This document shows, one piece after another, positions 36,773-44,418 of a stretch of DNA of 64,000 nucleotides. A model generated the notes under the pieces. The model was given only the letters and a program-made list of their open reading frames with translations. It was not told the origin of the DNA and did not search any database. Position 1 is the stretch's first letter; each line of letters opens with the position of its first letter. Source of the DNA: a virus; IMG/VR virus record IMGVR_UViG_3300025929_000012, positions 32,001 through 96,000 of that record; one strand, 5' to 3'. The position numbers and the translations under genes are program-made.

Positions 36773-38127
36773 CACTGGTTCTCCTTCGCCAGGAACCGGG
36801 CGTACGCCGCGCGGTCCTTCACTGACCATGCGCCGCCGCGGGGCTTGGCGCCGATCAGGGTGGCGGGGGTGCCCTGGGGGCCGTTGTTGTCGTGGAGCGT
36901 CGCGGAGTCGAACAGGTCACGGGCGATCGCCTGCCGGAACGTGCCGGACACGGCGGCGTGGGTTTCCCGCAGGAACGTCTCCGGGACGGCCCGGCCGGTC
37001 TTCGCTGCGCGGGCCTGCGCCCGCTTCAGTGCCTCGCCCGTGTCGACGGTGACGTACTGGCCGTGGACGTGATAGCCGGCCTTCCGCGCCGCGGTGACCT
37101 TCCCGGCGAGCTTCTCATAGTGGGAGTCACCGGTGCCGTCGAGGGTGAAGTCACGTTTCCCGGCGACCGCCCGGTCCATGATCTTCTTCGCGACCCGCGA
37201 TGACTCCTCATGGACGTACGCGGCGGCGGCCTTGTCCCCGGCGGCCTTCATCGCGGCGTACTCCGGCAGCTGCGCCTTGACGTCGTCCGGGTTGATGACG
37301 ACGCCGCGCATCTTGCCCGTCGCCGACTTCCCCGACGCCGGGCCGCCGCCCATGAACGTCGCCGTCGGGTCCGCGGACCGGGCAGACCCGGCGAGCGCCC
37401 CGGCGATGATCTTCTCGTGGAGGGCCTGCCGTTCGGGGGTGAGCTGCCCGCCCCTGGTGTGCGCGTCGAGGCTGTCGGCGGCGGGGCCGGCCCCGTCGAG
37501 CTTGACCCAGCCGTGCTTGTACCGGTACGGCGCGTGAGCGAGGTTGATCACGTCGCGGTGCCTGCCGCTGAGGGCTGGCTTCCCCGTGAACGCCGGGTTG
37601 GCCATCACCCCGGCCTTGCGCCTCGCGATGCCCTGCGCGGCGGCGAAGGCGCCGGCCTCCTTGAGGAGGGCAGTAATCGGCAGGCCGGCGCGGACCACCG
37701 GCATCCCCGCCGGGACCTTCGCGCCGCCCTCGGAGTCGGCGAGGACCCTGCCCGCCCAGGTGTGGTGCCCGTCAAGGACCCGGTTGTCGGAGCTGATGAT
37801 GACCGGCTTGGTGTCGGTGCCGGCCTTGACGGAATCAGCGATGCCCCGTATCGCGGCCGTGTCCCCGGTCGCCTGCGTCGGGCGCAGCGACCTGGCGGGC
37901 ACCCTGGCGGAGGTGACCGTGATCCCCTTGGCCTGCAAGTGCGCGATGAACTTCGGCATGAGCGCTTTCGACGGCACGTACTGCCCGTTCACGGTGCCGG
38001 AAAGCTGGGGCATGTCGCCGCGGTCGATGCCGAGGTTCCCGTGGTAGGTGACCGTGCCCCCGGACGGGACCCCGATGAGCCGCCAGCCGTGCGTGTACCG
38101 CTGCGGGGCGCCGGCCAGGTCGATCAC
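36772..38127 (-). CDS. ParB-like nuclease plus zeta-toxin (P-loop kinase) fusion
   Basis: RGDMPQL...LRPTQ...VIISSDNRVLDGHHTW; GGGPASGKS, INPDDVK, VHEESS, LDGT, TGRAVP. Confidence 0.85.
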   Translation of the reverse strand: MIDLAGAPQRYTHGWRLIGVPSGGTVTYHGNLGIDRGDMPQLSGTVNGQYVPSKALMPKFIAHLQAKGITVTSARVPARSLRPTQATGDTAAIRGIADSVKAGTDTKPVIISSDNRVLDGHHTWAGRVLADSEGGAKVPAGMPVVRAGLPITALLKEAGAFAAAQGIARRKAGVMANPAFTGKPALSGRHRDVINLAHAPYRYKHGWVKLDGAGPAADSLDAHTRGGQLTPERQALHEKIIAGALAGSARSADPTATFMGGGPASGKSATGKMRGVVINPDDVKAQLPEYAAMKAAGDKAAAAYVHEESSRVAKKIMDRAVAGKRDFTLDGTGDSHYEKLAGKVTAARKAGYHVHGQYVTVDTGEALKRAQARAAKTGRAVPETFLRETHAAVSGTFRQAIARDLFDSATLHDNNGPQGTPATLIGAKPRGGAWSVKDRAAYARFLAKENQ

Positions 38128-38168
38128 CTGGAGCAGTTCACCCCACCGGGCCGGGCTGAGGCCGCCGC

Positions 38169-39005
38169 CTACGCCGCCGCTGAGGCTTTTGGGCCTGCCG
38201 CCTTCCCGTGCATCGCCGCTGCCCGCTTCGCCATCGCCATCGCCACGGCTGGCTTCATCCCCTTGGCGAGCAGTTTCCGGTAGATGGCCGCCACGTCAGG
38301 TGACAGCCCCCCGGCTGGCTTGGCTGTCGCCGCTGGCTTCCCGGTGCCCATCGTGGTGACCCGCGGGCCGTCCACCGACGTGGCGGCCGACGTGAACGGC
38401 AGCGCCCCCGCGAGGTCCACTGCCCCGTCCTGCTCGCCTGCGTACGACGCCGTGCCATCCTGCTGAGCCGCCGGGAAGCCCCGCGCCCGCTTGTTGTGAT
38501 GGTCGATCAGCCCCGCCAGGGCGCCCTGCTGCGACCCGGACGCCCCGGTGGGAGTCCCGTCAGCGTGCTTCCCGGCGTAACCGCGCCCCTTCGCGGTGAT
38601 GACGCCGATCTTCATGCCGCTGCTCTTATGCTGAGCGGTGATCATCCCCGGAGCCGAACGGGACAACTGGACGTCAGCCGGGCCGCGGACCACCGGCATG
38701 CGTCTGGTCATGGTGGCCAAGCTGATCGCCTCCGTGTCGTTATTCGCGCCCTGGAAAGGCCATGTCCCCTTCACCCCGGGCGCGTTAGTGGCTTTGAGCT
38801 GCCTCGCCCGCTTGCGGATCAGCCGGGCCAGCGCCGGGCGCTTAGGCGCGGGCGCACGTCCCACAGACCGGATAGCGCGCTTGAGGTAGTCCAGGTTCGG
38901 GACCGGGAAAGCCGGCGGCTGGCCGTCAGCAGCGGGGAGCGCCTGTCCCTTCGCGGCGAGTTTCTTCCGGGACGCGGCGCGCTGAACTGGCGGGGTCTTG
39001 ACCAT
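38169..39005 (-). CDS. Basic putative internal head protein
   Basis: FPVPNLDYLKRAIRSVGRA...LIRKRARQL, as in prohead-associated proteins; GAGAGGA RBS. Confidence 0.75.
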   Translation of the reverse strand: MVKTPPVQRAASRKKLAAKGQALPAADGQPPAFPVPNLDYLKRAIRSVGRAPAPKRPALARLIRKRARQLKATNAPGVKGTWPFQGANNDTEAISLATMTRRMPVVRGPADVQLSRSAPGMITAQHKSSGMKIGVITAKGRGYAGKHADGTPTGASGSQQGALAGLIDHHNKRARGFPAAQQDGTASYAGEQDGAVDLAGALPFTSAATSVDGPRVTTMGTGKPAATAKPAGGLSPDVAAIYRKLLAKGMKPAVAMAMAKRAAAMHGKAAGPKASAAA

Positions 39006-39039
39006 GCAGCTTCCTCTCGCGAGCGCTACGCTGGCCCGA

Positions 39040-39148
39040 TGAAAGGGCGGGACGTACTAGTCCCCGCCGCCCGGAGAGCTAAAGCCGGTCAGTGTGATCC
39101 CGGGCAGGAGCGCGAGGGCCGGGCCAGGCGCGCTCTCCCGCCCTTTCA
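39040..39148 (-). promoter_or_regulatory. Mutually exclusive terminator/antiterminator RNA structure
   Basis: Perfect 13-bp inverted repeat 39040-52/39136-48 competing with a local hairpin at 39046-68. Confidence 0.55.
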
Positions 39149-40648
39149 CTTCGCCGTAACCAGCAGGTCATTCGCCTGCCACTCAAAACCGGGAGGGCAC
39201 AGGATCGTCGCCCGCACCCGGGTGCGCTGCGCAGGCCCCATGCTGTTGATCACCTCAGCAGTCCGTTCCGGGGTGTCATGGCGGGTGAACTGCGGCGGGC
39301 GGGGAGTGAACTGGCCGCCTTCCCGCACCCCCGGGGGGACGCGCTCAGCGGGGGCGATGAGGCGGCGGACCTCTGGGGCGGGCACCGTGAGGGCGTCAGC
39401 GATGGCGAGGTCGAGGAACCGGCCGCCGTCCCCGCTGAGCCTGATGGCGTTCGCTTGCCTGTCCAGTGCCCCGGCCTGCGCCCGCAGCGCCTTCGCCTTG
39501 CCTGTGAGGGCCGCCACCGTGGCCCGGTTCCGCGCCAGCGTCCGCCGCGGTGCCCCCGCGGAGGACTTGGTTGCCGCGTTCCCGGCCTTCCTCGGGGCCG
39601 CCTTCGCCAGCGCCGCCGTAGCCTTCGCCGCCGCCGTCGGGGCCACCTTCCTGGCCGCCTTGGCCGCTGCCGTGGCCTTCACCTGCGCCGCGATAACCTT
39701 CTGAATGCCGGCGATCTGCTGGTCGATGCCCGCTGCCTTCACCCGGTCGGCGTTCGCCTGGGCGTGGAGGGCATCCTTCCGCGCCCTGGGCGCCAGCGGG
39801 GCCGACGCTTTCGGCGTGCCCGGCTTCGGGGTACCCGGCTTGACGGCTGCCGTCTTCGGCGTGGTCGGCTTCGCCTTGGCGGGAGTTGTTCCCGTGCCTC
39901 CCGCCGGCTTAGCGGTGCCGACTGCCTTCGCCTTCGGCTTCGCGGCGGCCTTCTTCTTCACGGGCGCGTCCGGGAGCGGGTGCGCCGCGATCGCCGCAGC
40001 AGCCGCCGCCTCCGTCGCCGCCGCAGTCCCCGGCTTCGGCTTCCCCTTCGGCGCGTTCAGTGCCTTCAGCAGCCCCGCCAGCTCCTGCCGCTGCGCCGGG
40101 GTCGCCTTACCTGTCGCCACCAGGTGCTGCAGGTGGGCAATGTGGGCCATGTGCAGGGCATGCTGCTGCGCGGCTGTCTTGCCTGCCGTGCCGCCCGAGT
40201 TCGTGCCCTTCCCCGACGTGGTCCCGAACTGGCCGCCGGCCGGTGAACCTGCCGGGACATGAGGCGGCACGTAGCCGAGGTCGATGGACTGCCCGTTCCA
40301 GGTGAGCGCGATCACGGCACCGCCCTCGTTCGCATGGGCGTGGGCGACAGCGGACTTCGCGGCGAGGTCAGCCAGCGCCGCCTGAGCCGCCGCGACAACC
40401 TCAGGGTGGGCCTTCCCGCCGCCCCGCGCCCACCTGCGGATAGCGCCCCAGGTGATCGCGTACGCCACGGCGGGCGGGTGACCGGAGCGGATGAGAGCAT
40501 CCCTGACGTGCTGAAAGTACGGCAGTTATGGAGGCAGCTCCATCCCCTTCACGTGGTAAAGGCCGGGACCGCCCGGTTTCCCCGCCGGGGCTGGCGTCAC
40601 TGCCAGCCGCGCGGTATCCGCGGACATCTCGATTGGTGCTGCGCTCAC
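39146..40648 (-). CDS. Ala/Lys-rich putative internal head protein with in-frame TAA at codon 41
   Basis: GTG 40648 with GGGGGTGA RBS is in frame with ORF 39146-40468; TAA at 40526-40528. Confidence 0.7.
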
Positions 40649-40667
40649 TTGCCGATCACCCCCAGCC

Positions 40668-41111
40668 CTAGTTCGATCGACGGGCATGCATGACGTCCCA
40701 CGGGCCTGTGGCGGTCTTCGCGGTGCCTACCCATGCGGTCACCGGGCGGCCGAGCGCGATGCTCGCCAGTGCGCGGCTGTGGCCGTCCACGAGGCGGAGG
40801 AGCCTCGTGCCGGGCCGCCGGATCGCGACGACCGGCTTCCTGGCCCCCGCCCTGAGTGAGCTGACCATGGAAGCCACCTTGAGGCGGTCCTTCGCGGCCA
40901 GCGCCCAGTTCGGGTCGTTGTCGCGGTCTAGCTGCCGGGCCGGGACCATGACGGGTTGCGCCCGCCATTGGACCTCGTCAACCCAGCCGAGGGAACCGGG
41001 CGGGTAGTCGCGGGCGAGCTGGATCTTCACCTCTTGCGCCACGGTCAGCTTCTGCGGCGTGGCGAGGGGGGCGTGGGCGTCGGAGACGGGCTGGACGGAC
41101 GGAACGGCCAC
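40668..41111 (-). CDS. ParB/Srx N-terminal-like protein
   Basis: KPVVAI...LVDGHSRALA. Confidence 0.8.
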   Translation of the reverse strand: MAVPSVQPVSDAHAPLATPQKLTVAQEVKIQLARDYPPGSLGWVDEVQWRAQPVMVPARQLDRDNDPNWALAAKDRLKVASMVSSLRAGARKPVVAIRRPGTRLLRLVDGHSRALASIALGRPVTAWVGTAKTATGPWDVMHARRSN

Positions 41112-41143
41112 CGGTCACCGCCGTCGCCTTGTACCTTATCGGT

Positions 41144-42007
41144 GTGACCGACAGTGAGCACACCACTACGAAGCTGGCGCGGGCCCTGGAAGCCATCCCC
41201 GGGGTGCCCGAGGACATGATCGAGAAGGCCAGGACCGGGCACTACCATGACTACCTGTCGCCTCTTGACTTCCCCGAGATGCAACTCTTCGCCGACCTGC
41301 GGAACCTGGCCGGGCGGCGCACGATGCCCCCGGCATCCCGGCGGATGCTCCTGAACCTCGCCAAGGACGTCATCAACGGCAAGCACGGCGCCAGCAAAGA
41401 GGAATCCGAAGAGTGGGCCCGCTCCCCGGACGGGCAGGAGACGATGGCGCTCCTCACCGGGCAAGCACCCGGGGACGCCCCCGGCGAGGCCGGCCCCGGG
41501 ATCTGGATCAAGTCCACGCGCGGTCCCGACGATGAGCCTGCCTGCGAGGTCACCTGGGGGCCGCTGCAGTGCTACGCCCCGGTTGCCGACGTCCGCGACA
41601 CGGCGATCGACCTGGTCACCTGCGCCGCCTACGCGGAGATGATGATGACCCTCATCGTGCGAGTGGACCTCTCAGCTGCGATCGTGTCCCAGTTCGCCAC
41701 GGAACTGCTCGCCGGGCGGGACAAGCGCTACTTCGGGGCGAAGACCACGATGACGCTGCTGCCCGCCGGGTCATCGAAACGGCGGCAGGCCCTCGTGCTG
41801 CTGAAACGGGGGTCGCTGGAAGGCGCGCTCAGCCCGGATGAGGCACGGGCGATGGCGCTGGCCTGGCTGGAGGTCGCGGAGGCCACCGAATCCGACCAGC
41901 TCGTCAGCGAGGCCCTCCGCGGGACAGGCGTCCCCGGTGACGCGCAGGACAGGCTGTTCGGCTACCTGCGGCACCTGCGGAAGCAGCCGGAAGGCCAGTC
42001 GCGGTGA
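41144..42007 (+). CDS. Hypothetical protein
   Basis: TACCTT 6 nt before GTG; MIEKARTGHYHDYLS. Confidence 0.8.
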   Translation: MTDSEHTTTKLARALEAIPGVPEDMIEKARTGHYHDYLSPLDFPEMQLFADLRNLAGRRTMPPASRRMLLNLAKDVINGKHGASKEESEEWARSPDGQETMALLTGQAPGDAPGEAGPGIWIKSTRGPDDEPACEVTWGPLQCYAPVADVRDTAIDLVTCAAYAEMMMTLIVRVDLSAAIVSQFATELLAGRDKRYFGAKTTMTLLPAGSSKRRQALVLLKRGSLEGALSPDEARAMALAWLEVAEATESDQLVSEALRGTGVPGDAQDRLFGYLRHLRKQPEGQSR

Positions 42008-42594
42008 GCGCGCCGCCACGTGACGTTTTCGCCGCTGCCGCCCGGCTGGCCATCGAACGGCATGACGAGTGGGACGCCCCGCACGCCTTCGAGACGCTCC
42101 ACTGGGACGGGGTCAAGCTCACGACGATGACCTACGCGTGCATCATGCCCGACGTTGACCCGCCGGACTACCCGAAGCTGATGGCCAGGCTCGCGCGGGA
42201 GGAACTGGAGAAGCACCCGGACGATCCCGCCTACGGGTACCTGGTTCAGGCCGAAGGGTTCAAGGTGGTGACGCCGGCACCGGGGACCAGGGAGGCGGAG
42301 GCGTTCGACTGGGAGCAGTATCACCGGGACCGCCTCGGAAGGACGTTCCACAAGCGCCCGGATGCCGTTGAGACATGCACCGCGTGGGCCGCCGACATTC
42401 ACGGCCGGCTGTGGTGGGCGGAGAAGGCCCGCGGCGTGGAGGGCGTCCGGGAAGCATTCTTCGGGCCGGACGGCACCTCATCGGGCCAGATGCGGCGCAT
42501 GGGCGGACCGTGGCCGGAGGCGCTGCTGGCCGTCGCCTACGCTACCGGCATGACCGCGTGGGGGCTGCCGGGGCCGCAAGGGCGGATGAACTGA
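42004..42594 (+). CDS. Hypothetical protein
   Basis: GTGA overlap; EWDAPH...AADIHGRLW. Confidence 0.75.
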   Translation: MSAPPRDVFAAAARLAIERHDEWDAPHAFETLHWDGVKLTTMTYACIMPDVDPPDYPKLMARLAREELEKHPDDPAYGYLVQAEGFKVVTPAPGTREAEAFDWEQYHRDRLGRTFHKRPDAVETCTAWAADIHGRLWWAEKARGVEGVREAFFGPDGTSSGQMRRMGGPWPEALLAVAYATGMTAWGLPGPQGRMN

Positions 42595-42596
42595 CC

Positions 42597-43154
42597 ATGG
42601 GCGCGGCACGGGGGCGGCTGCTCCGCGCGGGACTGGCGGTGATCCTCGCCGGGTTCGCGTGCGGGGTCGCGTCGGCAACCCTGTCGTTCGCGTGGGCGTA
42701 CACCAGGGCAGGCGGCCTCTCTGAGGCGTCATGGTGGCTGACGTGGCTCGCCCGGGGGTGCTTCGCCATCGCGGTGGCGTGCGCGGTCCTGCAGCGGCGG
42801 CTGCGGGCACAGGAGGCCAGGATGCTGCACGATACCCGGCCGCGCCCCGACTACGCTGCCATCGCCGCGATGGAGACCGAGATCTGGGGGCACCCGTTCC
42901 ATCACGCGGGAGCGCCGTGGCGCTGTGAATGGCCTGCCTGGTGCGGGCCGGGCCGGGAAGCCGACGCGGCGGAGGCCCTCAAGGCGCGGGGCATCCTGGT
43001 TACCCGGGTCACCGGTCACCCTGCCATCCCGGACGGGGAAGTGGTCCTGGTGAACCCTGACAGCGGCTACCAGCCCGGCTACGGCAGCACCTCGGCGCCC
43101 TTAAACGGGGCAATGGCACGGCACCTGCAGTTGGGATGCGCGGACCCGGGGTAG
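42597..43154 (+). CDS. Membrane protein (2 TM; RPDYAAIAAME motif)
   Basis: Hydrophobic N-terminus; 3' end overlaps MuF gene. Confidence 0.6.
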   Translation: MGAARGRLLRAGLAVILAGFACGVASATLSFAWAYTRAGGLSEASWWLTWLARGCFAIAVACAVLQRRLRAQEARMLHDTRPRPDYAAIAAMETEIWGHPFHHAGAPWRCEWPAWCGPGREADAAEALKARGILVTRVTGHPAIPDGEVVLVNPDSGYQPGYGSTSAPLNGAMARHLQLGCADPG

Positions 43155-43744
43155 GCAGGGTGGCCTTCGACGACAGGCGGATGGTCAGCCCTGAAGTTCT
43201 TCCCGCTGGCAGCAGCGCAGCCCGGCGAGCACCTCGGGTCAAGCTTGGCCTGCCAGCCCAGGAGGTTGCCGTGCTTCGCGGCCATCCCGTCGACCGCCGC
43301 CGCCGCCGCAACTCGCTGCGCCGAGGCTTCCACGTGGAGGCCGAGGTAGCGCTTCTCCGTGGCCAGCGCGTCCCTGATCGCGGTCATGGCCGGCTGATCC
43401 TTCGACCGTGCCGCCTTGACCGCCTGCTGAACCCGCCTCGCTGCGGCCAGGAAAAACTGCGCCTTCCGGAGAAGGTTCTGCCGCGCGGCGAATCGTGACG
43501 CCGGCCCGGCGCCCTTCACGGCCTCACCCGGCCCGGAGGAGAACAGGGCGGCCACGGCGGACAGGACGGCGGCGGAGATCCCCGCCGCCTTAAAGGGTGC
43601 CCGTAGCGCCGCGCTGAGCGCCTTCACGGTCCCGTAGGCGGCGAGGGCAGCGACGATCAGGGCAATGAGGTGATCATCGGGAGACGGCGGGGGCTGCTGG
43701 CCCGGTGCGGGCTGCTGCTGCGGGGCTTGCGGGGCGGGCGGCAC
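43079..43744 (-). CDS. MuF-like minor head protein
   Basis: GWQAKLDPRCSPGC...PGSAHPNCRC. Confidence 0.9.
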   Translation of the reverse strand: MPPAPQAPQQQPAPGQQPPPSPDDHLIALIVAALAAYGTVKALSAALRAPFKAAGISAAVLSAVAALFSSGPGEAVKGAGPASRFAARQNLLRKAQFFLAAARRVQQAVKAARSKDQPAMTAIRDALATEKRYLGLHVEASAQRVAAAAAVDGMAAKHGNLLGWQAKLDPRCSPGCAAASGKNFRADHPPVVEGHPAYPGSAHPNCRCRAIAPFKGAEVLP

Positions 43745-43747
43745 GGC

Positions 43748-43909
43748 TCACCTCACGCCCCTGGGCCTCCGCAAGTCATCCCCGGCCAGCGCCACGCCGT
43801 CAGTGCAGATCAGCACCGGCCACCCGGAGGAGGTCACCCCGACCGCCATCTCATGATCATCAGGCAGGTCTGTCGCCTTCACGCCGCACGCCGGGCAGGT
43901 CACCGCCAC
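43748..43909 (-). CDS. Small Zn-ribbon protein
   Basis: MAVTCPACG...H...C; AGGGG RBS. Confidence 0.55.
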   Translation of the reverse strand: MAVTCPACGVKATDLPDDHEMAVGVTSSGWPVLICTDGVALAGDDLRRPRGVR

Positions 43910-43918
43910 GGCGACCCC

Positions 43919-44194
43919 CTACGCTTTTGGATCGCCGTGGGCAGGCACGCGCCAGAGTGCGTCGGGTGCGGTATCCAGCACCTCGGCCAGCGCGATCAGC
44001 TCATCGGCCTGCACGTAGCGTTCGCAGCGTTCAACGGCTCCCACGGTCTGCGGGTGCCAGTTGCCGTAGCCGAGGTGCCGCATGCCGTCCGCTACCTGTT
44101 TCTGGGACAGTCGCCGCCGGGCCCGCTCGGCGCGGATGTTCGCCGCTATGGACAGGCGCACGCTTACATAGCGACCTGCACCGGTATCAGCCAT
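43919..44194 (-). CDS. XRE-family HTH regulator (leaderless)
   Basis: NIRAERARRRLSQKQVA...TVGAVERCER; TAAAAT 6 nt before ATG. Confidence 0.9.
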   Translation of the reverse strand: MADTGAGRYVSVRLSIAANIRAERARRRLSQKQVADGMRHLGYGNWHPQTVGAVERCERYVQADELIALAEVLDTAPDALWRVPAHGDPKA

Positions 44195-44250
44195 GCGTGC
44201 ATTTTACATGATCTGCTTGCGCTGCACGCGGTAGGCTGGTATCATCGTAG

Positions 44251-44417
44251 ATGTAAGCAAAGCAGTTAGCCCGGCGGGGGTTCGCTACCGTCACCGGGCG
44301 CGTGGGAGGACAGGCCTTATGCACCCCGGGCCTGCCAAGTGGCCACCAGACCACCAGGGGTGAAGTAGCGGCCAGGGACCGGGTCTAGCTAACCCGGGGT
44401 CCTGGCCGTTGCGTTTC
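44251..44417 (+). ncRNA. Putative structured small RNA divergent from XRE
   Basis: TTGCGC-17bp-TATCAT (44217-44245); several hairpins; terminal hairpin followed by TTGCGTTT. Confidence 0.45.
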
Positions 44418-44418
44418 C

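Noticed and set aside
39040-39148. Hammerhead ribozyme or tRNA
   Set aside because: No CUGANGA/GAAA core in the right context and no T-loop or cloverleaf; no tRNA recognised anywhere in the window
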